Assembly (NCBI GenBank): GCA_043228905.1
Contig: JBHGNT010000021.1
Span: 6,944,001-7,008,000 of the forward strand
Source: Azolla caroliniana
Lineage: Eukaryota > Plantae > Polypodiophyta
DNA length: 64,000 nucleotides
Direction: 5' to 3'
The notes below the pieces were generated by a model, which saw nothing but the letters and a program-made list of their open reading frames with translations, was not told where the DNA came from and did no database searches. Below, one piece after another: positions 13,396 to 25,528 of this stretch. Position 1 is the first letter of the stretch. Every line of letters begins with the position of its first letter. Position numbers and translations under genes: made by a program.

Positions 13396-14739
13396 ATTTG
13401 TGTTGATATCATATTAAACAGAGTTGCAAACTATGTATCAAGCGAAAAATCTCATTACTTCCCTAGAGCTTATAGCTAAAATTCATTGTTGATATCTTAC
13501 TAAGCTGATTTACAAATTGTGCATTATGACTTGTGGAACTTGTTGTCAACAATGGGTGATGGTGTCTTGAAAGTTTATTTAAAAAATAGTACAATTGGTG
13601 CACTATAACACATTGAACTCGTCGTCAACAAAGGGTGATGGTGTCATGATTGGAATATCCCTTGTTTTCTCAAAATTGCCTAGAAATATAAACTAAATTT
13701 GGTAATTTCCCAATGATCTAGGTAATATTTTTATTCTCAATTCATCCCATCTTCCAAAAGGGGTATTAAGGTTTGTGATAATATATAAGATTGATTCAAT
13801 TCTTTCTTTCTTTGAACATTGGAATTTAATATTCTATTTCTTAAGATGGAGGTTTATCCTTGGTAAACGTCCACAATGTTATGCCAAAGAACAAATAGCA
13901 TTTGCTTAACACCAAATCGATTATAGAACCTTTATGAGGATGATCACACATTTCATATACAATGAACGTGAAACATTTTCAGCGTTATACCTACACCAAT
14001 GAATGAAGATCAGATCCTTGTTAATGTTAAGCATATAATAAGAACAAGTTTTAAAATATTATTAACGTTAAACACACGTTGAAAGTGAGTATTCAAATGC
14101 ATGATGTGCTCAAGGTAAAATGTCTGCTAGGAATGATATTAAAATCTCATCAGTGTTAACATGCAAAAGATGAGACTAAGCACAAAAAGCAGTTTCATAA
14201 ATCTAACACAGGAAAACTGAGGAACAAAGAGAGAAAGAAAGGGTGTTTGTTGTCCACTCGACCTGCACCCCCAAGTGAAGGGATTGAAATGGACCCGTGC
14301 CCTAAACAACGTTCCCATATCACTACGCATGGGCTTCCGACTCATACTTGTCAGCAACACACGCTTACCACAAAGAGTCTGCTCACCATAAGATCATTGT
14401 TCTAAACATAGTCACCCCTTTTTCTTAAGAGGTTAGCTAGGCCTCACACACAGGACGAGAACATAAATAAGCTTACCAAACATACATATTGAATCACGTA
14501 GTCGCATATCTAATACACAATGGAGGCACAAACCTCGCTTCTTCTTCTTCTTCTTTTCCCCGAAAAATATCCTTTCATTAGTTATAAACAACTTGTTACA
14601 AGACTGTTGACCTACCGTCAAGCTTCCATTGGTATGTTGCACTCTTCCATACATAACACATAAGATTGACCTCGATATAATATGACAAAAAGAACAAACA
14701 TGATTTAACGATGTATACATTGAAAGGATCATTAAAATG

Positions 14740-15002
14740 AAGGGATGGATGGATGTATGAGTGAATTTAAGGAAGAAATGGATGGATGAATGGATGGATG
14801 GGTGAATTTAAGGAAGAAATGGATGGAGGAATGAAGGAATGGATGGATCAATGGATAATGATGGAATGGATGGATGAATGAATGAAGGAATGGATGGATA
14901 ATGATGGAATGGATGGATCAATGGATGGATAAATGAAGGAATGGATGGATGAATGAAGGAATGGATGGATAAATGAAGGAATGGATGGATGGATTGATGA
15001 AT
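14740..15002. repeat. (GGAT/GAAT)n degenerate tetranucleotide repeat upstream of the Nudix gene
   Basis: Directly visible. Confidence 0.9.
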
Positions 15003-15257
15003 CTCAGAGAATAGCCTGAAATGAATTTGAATTAGGGGCCTCTTCTTCTCTTAATTTGCTTCAGAATCGAAGTGTGAAATAATAATTATTAATAATATAA
15101 ACAGGAAAATGAAAGACACAGACAGTTCATTCTCGGTGTTAAAAATAATAATTTGTTTTCAGTGTTATCATCATCCAACGAATTCAAATTCTCTCCCCCA
15201 TAAAACAAAAAAAAGAAAAGAAAACGATTCTGCATATCAATTGCTTAAGATCGAGCG

Positions 15258-18200
15258 ATGGCGATGGCGATCGAAGCTGTGGCTACGGCTGTTGTTTCAT
15301 CTTCTTCTTCTTCTTCATCATCATCATCGTCTTCATCGTCTTCTTCTTGCTCCTCCTCCTCAAGTTTTGGCTTTCCTGCAAAGATTGCAGATTCCGCGCA
15401 TCTCTCCTCCACACGCAGTAAGACTGTCAGTAGCAGTAGCAACTGTACATCTCCAAAGTTGCTAACCTTGGCCATCGTCAACCAGAATGGGAGAGTGCTG
15501 CTGGGCCGTAAGAAGCGAGGGTAAAGCATTCTGTATCTCTCGCTTATCTAGAGCTCGCTTTTCATTGTCTTACCGCTGCCTGAAAGGAAATGATGATTGT
15601 GAAGGTTGGAAACTCTTCAAGAAACGAGTCTAAGTCTTTCTCACTCTTTTTTTGTTAACTGTTACTGTTGTTCTCATGTTGCTTCTGCTGTCTGAAAGGA
15701 ATTGATGATTGTAATGGTTGGAAACTCCTCAAGAAATGAGTGTGAATCTTTCTTACGCTTTCAGTTAACTAGGACTGTTTTCCTCACTGTGTTTTCTCTG
15801 CCTGAAAGGAGTGATTATGTTGGAAACATCGTTATAATTACTACTTTCTGTTAACTTACCGTGTCATTGGCATTGGAAAGTTTGCCAAGATTTGAGACCT
15901 TTCTCGCTTGAAGCTTTTCTCACTTCTCCTTTTGAAGATCGGAAACTTTGTTGATTCACGAGGTTCTCTTGCAGCAAGATTCTCGGCTTTGAAAACAGGA
16001 TGCCCAAAATGATTGGCTACTATCCTATAGAATGTACATTTTGAATTGAGATCTGCAGACCTGTACTTACGGTCATTCATGCCTAAGAATAGAAAGCATG
16101 TATTTATTTGCTGTTAATGACAAATCATTAACCATATCAGAGCCTTGTTAAATACAAGGAATATAACGTTTTCATTGGAGCGCAAACCTCAATATGTCAT
16201 GAACCAAATTAAAGGCTTGCAAAGCTTAGTTTCTTGTGTAAAGAGATATGCTAATATGTTGTGAAATACCAAGTTAGTGGATAAAAAAGCATAGCACAAA
16301 CATGATAACAGAAGTAGATCAAGGGGGCCTGCATAAAAATTTCCTTTTGTTGGCCTTTTAATGCGGTCATGCAAAGCAAAGAAGAATGATAAATGACCTC
16401 AGTGATGGAGGAAAAAAGTTGGATGAAGCAGAGAGTGGCGAAGGGAATTGTTGAGAAGATTGTATATGGATTCTATTGCCTACATACTGGATATTCTATC
16501 CATATACATTGATGAGGGCCAGTTTAACACTGTTTTGTTCATATATTTGCTCAGTTCCATTTACAATCAATAAAGTTTGAACCTGAAAAATATCTTCATT
16601 AAATGCTACAGTTCAGAACAACTGTTTTAGAGTGTATCTATGCATGCGCCAACATTGGCAATGATGGTTCGTAAGATTGATAGAGGTGACTTTTTTCCAC
16701 TCTGCATTATTGCTCTGTATAAAAAACATATAGGAGAGCATATATATTGTTGTCTTTGAGTGTTTCTAAACTACAAACAGATATAGTGATCCACTGGTTA
16801 TTTTGTTGTAGTCAAATTTTGTGTTTTTTCATTTCACATCAAGAATCTCCACAAGTAATATAATCTATCATAAAATATATATTTTTTACAAAGCTCCAAT
16901 TCATTACGTTTGCAACAGCATATTTTGCCAAGTTATTGGAGGGAATGTATGGCTCCTTATTACTCTACATATACATAATGCTGATTGATTGCAAACAATG
17001 CTATTAAGCAGAATATGGGTTGAAAACTGATTTCCGAGCAGTATTTTTTTCCTGTAGATAAAAACGTCACAAATCTTACAATGATATTAGTCTAAGGATC
17101 ATGCGAAATCATACCATTTATGGTATTAGCATGCTAGTTTACTCAGAAAGTCCTTTAGAGAGGAGTCTGAACTCTAGAGAGTGGTTTTGAAGGACTCATT
17201 GATTTCTTCTGCAGATTTGGAGAAGGGTATTACAATGGATTTGGTGGCAAAGTTGAGAGTGGGGAGACAATTGAAGGAGCAACTATAAGAGAGGTCTGCG
17301 CTTATCCATTAATTTTCAACATCTCAGGATTCTATTCTGATCTTAAGTATTTGTCTATAGGTTTATGGAAAAGGTCAGGAGATAAAATGAAAAATTAGAA
17401 GATAGTTAAAACTCACTATCCGGAAAAACCTCATAACCAAAGACTGAATCCCCACTCGATAATTGAACAAGTGAGAGTTGTATTTTTGTAAAGATAGTTT
17501 CACCAATGTAAAAGAGTATAACAAGAATCATTCACAAACACACATCTACATAATTGCAGATAAATAAGAAGTTACTTTATAGACAAGTTACTATACTTCC
17601 TTTTGGATGTATAGCTTCTAATTCCTGCTAAATAGTGTAATCTGTAGTGAGAACTTGGCTTTTGCTTTGCTATAGAAGAGTGATTTTTTCATTACAGTCT
17701 AGGAGGTTGAGTTGCATATACAGTCAAAGCATATCCTTTCATTAGCTCTATTGTTTGCCTTCTGTTTGAAAATTAACAGACATAAAAGGCAAGATATGGG
17801 AAAAGACAACAATTTCAGTGCAAATACAATGAAGATATCCGATAAATGTAAATGGTCACTGTTGCATCCATTTGCTCAATGTTCAAACGTTGTGAATGGA
17901 ACTAATGATGAGCAATATATTATGAGGCGAAGGGAAAGAATGGATCAAGGGTGCTTAATAACACTGTACCCCTGAGTGAAGAACATGAGACAAACATAAA
18001 ATACCATGTGTGTCCCATACCACCAAATATTATCCTATGTTATACCTGGGTAGTTTGAATAGCAGATCCCAAGAAGAGAGCTTAACCTCAACAATACAGT
18101 CTCGAGATGCCGCAGTGAAGGGGGTAGCTAGTCCCCTTTCCATAGCTCAACCCCTTAGGATCTGAGACCACCACGTCTTGTAGGTCCTTGATGGGTTTGT

Positions 18201-21200
18201 CCCCAGTCCTAGGATAACTGGTTTCCCAGTTATCCTACCCTTAAAACCATTAGAATTGGTCCTTAAGGTTATGCATATAACAATAAATGCATGAGAAAGT
18301 AGTTTGATGTTTTGATTCTTTCAGCTTCAAGAAGAATCTGGAATTGTAGCAGAGAAGTTATTTAAACAAGGAGTGTTGATGTTCCACTTTGATGATAAGC
18401 CACAACCATGGGAGGTATGTTATGTAAATTGAATGGCGATTTGATAAATGTCCTTGTTGTCATACAAAGCTTGTAAACACTGTTCTTCTGTTGTTTGGTT
18501 GATATTGTCTAAGGTGGAAATTGTCACAGTTTTGAATATATTTGTGGAATTAAAATAGGTGAAATTGAAATTTGTTTGTTTATATTGGAAAGTAGAAGAT
18601 TCTTCATTAGAGGATGAAAGTTTAAGGTTCTCTCTAGCCTTCAGATCACTCAAATTTACAAGAAATCTACCTGCCTTATCTTAGTTTCCTCATGAATTCT
18701 TCAAAGGTAGGGTTAACTCTATTCACTATGTTTCAACTGCCTTCTTCATCTTGCACCTTCCCAATGTTTGTGTAACAATAAACAAAATTTGAACTGTTTG
18801 TGCAAGATATCATGACCTAACATGTCAGTTGTACAGTAAGTGAGTTTTCTCAGGGTATTAAAAGGTATTGCATGTAGTGAGTATAAAGTCTTGGCAAGGA
18901 AGGGGTTTGTGTGACAATAGTTTTTGCAAGATTGACCCAACATGTGAATTGTACAGTAAGTGAGCTTCCTAATGCTATCAAAAAGTATTGCATCTAGTGA
19001 ATATAAAGTCTCGCATTTTACATTGTGTTGTCTTGTCTCTAGGATATGTGAGAGATTACCATTAGTGTATGACTTGCTTGCAAGTTCTTGTCGATGTGTC
19101 TGTCTATTTGGAGTGGACATGACAATTGACTCTTTTTTTATTTTAGTGATGATGTAATTCCTAGGTTTTACCAGGACGTTTTGTCAAAAATCTACCCCTT
19201 GTGGTTAATACATGAGACTGAAAAGAGTTATACCCATATATTTTTCTAAAAGACATTGAAAACAATTTGTTGAGTGCAGCGTTTTGTTGTTTGATACATT
19301 CATAACTCATCTTCTATATGAAAGTTATTATATGTACTATGACCATATCGAGATAGGGTTGGTAGGGAATAGGTAAGAGTTAAGAGGATGCATAGAACTT
19401 TCCTTTGAGACCTAGGCCTACATAGAAAAGCTGTGAAAAGCATTAACCTTAGCACATCTTCTATATGAAAGTTATTATATGTACTATGACCATATCGAGA
19501 TAGAGTTGGTAGGGAATAGGTAAGAGTTAAGAGGATGCATAGAACTTTCCTTTGAGACCTAGGTCTACATAGAAAAGCTGTGAAAAGCATTAACCTTAGT
19601 GCTTCCAAACCATTCTCACAATGATTCATGGATAAAAATAACCAGCCTTGGCATAACTGTTGAAGATTTTATAAAAAGATGGTTTATTTCATTAGAATAT
19701 CTTATTAATGTTTTAACTTGCAGTAGTGCCTGAAAATTTACTATTTTCTTTAGAATCTGTCTTTCTCTCTATGCTCAGCATTTTAGGCTGTCGCGATGGC
19801 CCCATCACCAGCATCATCAAAGTGTTAGTATTACTTGACCTCGAGGAGTGACTAGCTTAATATATATACTTTGCATTTCCAGTTCTTTTCTATGAATGAG
19901 GTATCAGAGAAAGTCGTGTTGAATTTCTTTTGGTCTCATCGATTCTGGTGCCCTCAAGAGACATTAAATATAATCTGGTGCCTTCATCGATTCTTCATCC
20001 CTTGCATCCTCCAAAATACCCAGCCACTCTTATGGAAACTGTTATATATGTTGGGTAAAAGTGATTTATGTGTACCTATCAATAAAGATGATAAAAATGA
20101 CATATGATTATGTATTTATGAGCATCTTCACTACACTTATGTGATGCTAAGCAAAAATTTCATAGAAAGTATTAATCTAGTTTGAAATTACATGCAGGTC
20201 CATGTATTCAACGTTCTTGCTTACAGTGGTGAACCTTGTGAAACAGAGGAGATGTCGCCCCAATGGTTTTCTCATGATGAAATTCCCTTTGGTATGCTAG
20301 TATTTCTGATCATTTCATGTTTTGATACAAAAATACTGCCCACATGATATGTATTAATATTGGAAAATAAATAGGGTCAGTGGCCCGAAGAAGTGGCCCG
20401 AAGAAGTGAGAACCACCATTACAGTTTTTTGTTTGTATTCGTTTTATTTTATTTTACTTTAATACTACTTTTCGTCTGTCTTTTCTCTTTCTTGAAAGGG
20501 TTCTATTTTTTTTCTATGTTTATGCTCAAAAACTTCTAGTGATCTTATAAGGGGATGCATTTATTGGTGGTTCAAATGGCTGTATGGCTCTGCTCCTCGT
20601 GATGCATACTGCAGAGACTAGGCCATTTATCAACTAATGGTATTATATTTTTGTATGTGGATTTCCTGCTGAATTTTCATTGTTCATGTTTGTCGTTTAT
20701 CTCCTTTCTTGTTTCTCATGAGAGATTTGGCAGCAGGATGGAGTCTGGGTTTTGAGTTTTAGCATTTTAGAATCTCTCTCTGAATCATGATCCTCATGCG
20801 AGTCATCATAAAGTTTTATGAATTTCTGAGAAATGTAACAGTTTGTCTTAATTGAAAGCGATGAAATACACTTGGGTTATTTATTTTCCGAAATGCACAT
20901 GTCCCCAAGTTTTCGCGAATTCCTCAAATGCAGCTGGTCAATCCTCAAAAGGGAGAAATAAGGATGAATTGAGTATACAATTGGCCAAATAGCACATTTA
21001 ATTAAGGAAAAGGAGATGAATTGAATAGCACGTCTAAATTTGCAAGAGTGGCAGTTGACCAGGGGCATCCTGAGAAATAACAAAAATCTCAGGCATTCCA
21101 AAGATTCTCCCTTGTATTCCTATTTTCAGATTGTACAGCTATTAATTTACTAGCTTTCTTCACCATCTTTCTGAGTGCTGGTTCTCTGCTATATTTGCAG

Positions 21201-21733
21201 AGGAAATGTGGAAGGATGATGAGATATGGTACCCTCATTTTCTTGCAGGTAAAATTCAGATTAAAAAAACATTAAAATATAGAGAATTATGTTGTATGAT
21301 TATGAAACTTCAGTCAATCTAGCCAAAAACTCTGAAATACCCGAGTCTTTATATGTTTCCCCAAGATGTTCCTGTATTTTCATTATTCCCTGAAACACCC
21401 ATTGCTCAACCTCAGAAAGAGAGAAGGGGATGAATTGGCATATAGTTGAGAAAGAGGGCATTTGGGAAAATAATGGAAATGTAGGGCATTTGGACAAATG
21501 CTGGATCCATTAGGATGGGAACATGTAAGGAGGGGAGGGCATTTGGAGGCATTCGAGAAATAAAGAAAACTTATTTCAGTAATTTCTATCCTTCAAAGTA
21601 AGGAAAATTGTAGATTAATGATGCTAATCAACATTTTTAATTCTTGCCAGGCCAATTATTTAAGGGAGAATTTTATTTTCATGATACCCATACACTGGTG
21701 TCCTATAACTTCAATGTAGTTCGGATGCTGTGA
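15258..21733 (+). CDS. NUDT1: MTH1/NUDT1-type Nudix hydrolase (oxidized purine dNTP sanitizer), 218 aa; join(15258..15520,17215..17293,18325..18414,20198..20291,21201..21248,21651..21733)
   Basis: Six GT-AG exons in phase give [42 protein letters not shown] (Nudix box)...VHVF...[27 protein letters not shown], collinear with human MTH1 as recalled. Ser-rich N-terminal extension. Confidence 0.93.
19308..19599 (+). repeat. 147-bp near-perfect tandem duplication in Nudix intron 3
   Basis: Copies start at 19308 and 19455; about two mismatches by eye. Confidence 0.95.
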
Positions 21734-24700
21734 AACACTTGTGAGACCTCTGTGTGAGAATTTACTAGATCAGCTGTGAAATATCTATGAAGTCTTGAAC
21801 AGTTTGCATCCACTCTAATTTGATATGTAAGTCGGGACAATTCTTGTTAATAGTCTAACTTTGTAGTCATGCATTTGATGGTCCCTTCCCTTGCTTTCTA
21901 ATACATCCATAAAACTTTTGTTCCCTCTTGCCATCGAGTTATGATATGCTTATTTGACACAGTTAAAGCATCTCATTTGGTTATGGAACACTTCAGAAAT
22001 AAGATCTTTAAAACTGGGAATATGTTGTTATGTGAGGAGCTTGGAAAGAAATCCCCAAATTCTAAGCTAAATGTGGATTGCAAAAAACTTCAAAGAAAAC
22101 TAATTTCTTATCCTTAATTGAAATTGTATCCCCATCACAACAACTAATTTCTTATCCTTAATTGAAATTGTATCCCCATCACAACAATAGCCATTCTTTA
22201 GTTCAATATATAAAGCCCCTTGGAATAAAGTGTGCAATATTACTTTGAATTTCCATGTAAGCCAGCATTACAAGTGGACTTTTCATATGGTTCCATCGCT
22301 TCAATAGAAACTCCATCATAATTTAGTAGTGTAATGGGTTTTGCTTTTGTGCACTTTGTGAAACAAAATGCATGCTATACTTTTGAGGATGAACATGACA
22401 TGTGATCTCTACAAGACAAGCTTATTTAAGTAAGTTGCATCTCTCTTAGAAGTGGGAAACACCATGAGATGTCCTACTTTTAGACTCTTAATATAAGGAT
22501 GAAGATAATATTATAGTAGATATGATTTGATCTACTCTTTTTCGTTCACTTTTATGAAAAAATATGCTTGATTAGACATGAACTATACTTTTACTTTGAT
22601 GCACTTCTTGAAAACTTATAGCTATACAATGCTTTGCATAAAAGAATCAAACTCTTAAACATGGTCATGAACTCAAAGAGGGTGAAGTCTTCCTTTGTTA
22701 TGTCGTCCAATTAAATAAAATAACATACATTCAAAGAAGAGGTTGCCAACTAGAGTGTAATATAGTTTCATCTCCATTTGCAGTTTGAGATGAAGTTTTC
22801 CTTTAGAGGAAAGAACCTTGGTAAGTTTTAGAAATTTGAGATAATAGTAAGGGAATTAGTGGCTTGAACTTATTATGCATTGGTAATGGCAATATATAGA
22901 GGAATGTTGACAAAGAGATGGTTGTCATGAAATGTTCGTGCAAGTAGGGAACTACGATTTCGTTTTCTCCCCTTGTCCTTGCAAGTTGGTCAAGATTGGA
23001 GTGCACGCAACAAATTAATAACCCTGATTGTTCTCAAACAAGATATTTGTTAGATAAGTTGGACCATTAAGTCCAACATTGCAAGGACATCTTTACGTCA
23101 CCTCTTTGTGGGGTTAAAAGATAAAGACACATTTTAATGAAATTATTTATTACAATCTTCTTTTATACAATGTTGTTGTCTTTTTGAACCCTTGGGTTGT
23201 GGATAACATTCATAAAAACGCATTTTTTAGGAGAAAAGTGTTAGTTAATAGTTGGTGTGATGATCTTAAAGTCAAAATATTGTTTTACACAAGGAGTGTA
23301 ACATTTGACGACATTGCTCAAGTGGTGTTGTCACTGTTATGCACGTCTAAAGTCAATCAATGTCATAATCTAGTAGGCAATAACATCATTAATTTTATCA
23401 ACAAAAGCAAAGCAATAACTTTCAAAAAAACATGGAAATAAAGCTCTACAACTTTTGTTGGTTGATTTCACATTGGATTAGACTATCTAGATCTTGAAAA
23501 ATGCACATATTCGATCATCGATATAGAATTTTCATTTAAATAATCTATTTAATTAATATGAATCTGAACTACCTCTTATATGTAATTAAACAACTGCCCT
23601 TTCGGTGACAAACTGTCACTTGTCAATATCCATGAGTGATTTGAGGGTTTACTCAAAGAAGTTGGTGACATCATACTCATAACCCCAAACTTGTTTTTCA
23701 TGTAAAATTTGCTTTCTACTCTGAAAATATATTCATGTAGGGGTAAAAGTTTAAAATGACAATTTTTTTTTTGATATGCTTTAGTTTTTCAAACAGCAAA
23801 TTTCCATAATTTCTTTTGTTCACCTTGTAATGTTCCATTCATATGGAGAAAGCAAAGCTAAATTTTCTTCTTTAAAAGTCCAATCGAGTTAACTTCTCAT
23901 TGTAACATCAAGTTACACATAAATCACTATAATAAGATAGAATTTATTATCATTGTTAAACTTGATTGTTGAGAAAAAGTGCTTTCATAATGTGAATGTG
24001 CGTCCATACCATGGGTTTGCGATAGGCCCATATACAAACAATAGATTCCAATGTACATATAAATATAATGGAGCCAACTTCATATGTCTACCCAAATGCA
24101 TTCTCTTCCATCATATGATGTGTGTCCATACCATGGGTTTTGTTGTAGGCCCATATACAAACGGTAGATTGCAATGTTCTTGTTAACATTACTATGATAA
24201 CACTCTATACATTTTAAAGTTGTGTTAAATTCTCATTGAAACATCAAGCAATGGCAGAATACTTCACAATAAGCACAACAATAAGATAGAATTTATTCTT
24301 GACGAGCAACTCAAAGGTAGAGAAAAAATACCCATATACAAAGGGTAGGTAGATTCGTGGTAATGATACTATGATAAAACTCTAGCCATTCCATACCAAT
24401 TTTCGCCTACACATGTTGCCGACATGGTTCTATTGTAAGGTGATAATTACAAAAAGATTAGCACATTTGTGCATTGTGGATAGTACTCAAAACAAAGTGT
24501 GCATGTGATGTATGTGTTCTTGTTTTGCATGTTATGTGTATGTTTGTCTATAGGGGGGGGGGGGGGTTGTTTCCATTGCTTTGTGTATGGTGAATGCATG
24601 TATATGCATGTAAATAGGGTGTATGGTGAAATATCTGCGTATGCGTTCATGTATGTGTAAACAGAGAGTAGAGTGTGCGTATGGGTGGGGGATGTATGTG

Positions 24701-24751
24701 GCCTCGACATACATGTGTGTGCGAATACGCCACGAATACATGTGTGTATGT

Positions 24752-24831
24752 AGAATGTAATGCGAGCGTTTGTGAATACGCGAGTACATTCTACATGACT
24801 CGCGTATTCACAAACTCGCGCATTACATTCT
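24752..24831. repeat. 34-bp inverted repeat (hairpin), 2 mismatches, 12-nt loop
   Basis: AGAATGTAATGCGAGCGTTTGTGAATACGCGAGT ... ACTCGCGTATTCACAAACTCGCGCATTACATTCT. Confidence 0.95.
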
Positions 24832-24910
24832 TGTGTGAGAGAAAGAAAGGAAGGAAAGAAGGAAAGAAAGAAGGAAGCGTCTGGTTCTTTCAAAAACATA
24901 GGAAGGGATG

Positions 24911-25142
24911 GTCACGTGACATTGGGTTGGGGGGGGGGGGGGAGGTTGGGAGGAGGGATATAAGGCAAGGTCTTGGGGGGGTGGGGGGTCACGTGACATG
25001 GGGGAGAGAAGAACTTTCTATTTGTGGTAAAGAAGACTGGGTGTGACATACCCAAACATATGGGCTCTCGATTGGGAAAGGGAAATAAAAAAGAAAAGAA
25101 AAAATATCTCCCCAGGAGAAAAACAAAGGGGAGTGACACGTC
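24911..25142 (+). promoter_or_regulatory. Paired G-box palindromes plus an ABRE-like motif upstream of the TZF gene
   Basis: GTCACGTGAC at 24911-24920 and 24988-24997; GACACGT (reverse of ACGTGTC) at ~25135-25141. Confidence 0.6.
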
Positions 25143-25528
25143 CACAAACAACAAACATACTCTATTTGTCTCCTTCTCATATCTTCTTCTTCTTCTTCTT
25201 CTTCTTCTTTCTTGGCCAAATTCTTCTTTCTTTTCTCCCCCCCCCCACCCCTTCTCCTTTCCATTTAACAAAATTCCTCTTATTACTATTATTATTATTT
25301 CTATTTTATCAATTATTATTTGTGAGACAATAGCAAATATCTTTCTTTCACTCATTTTAACACTTGGGGGGAAAAGAAAGTTTCTTTCCTTCAATTTCCT
25401 TCCAAAACCAAGAAAAGAAGAAGACTAAGGGAAAGAAGGAAGCAAAGCAAAGCAAAGCAATCAAGCAAGCAAGCAATCGCTCTCCCCAAAAAACCCCAAG
25501 TCTTTTTCTCCAAAGCCAAAACCCATAT

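Noticed and set aside
22150-23800. Possible decayed DNA-transposon coding remnant
   Set aside because: No motif or terminal repeat that I could verify.
25364-25528. 748-aa TZF start given by the ORF track
   Set aside because: Begins at TTG in a low-complexity, UTR-like region; ATG 25529 preferred.
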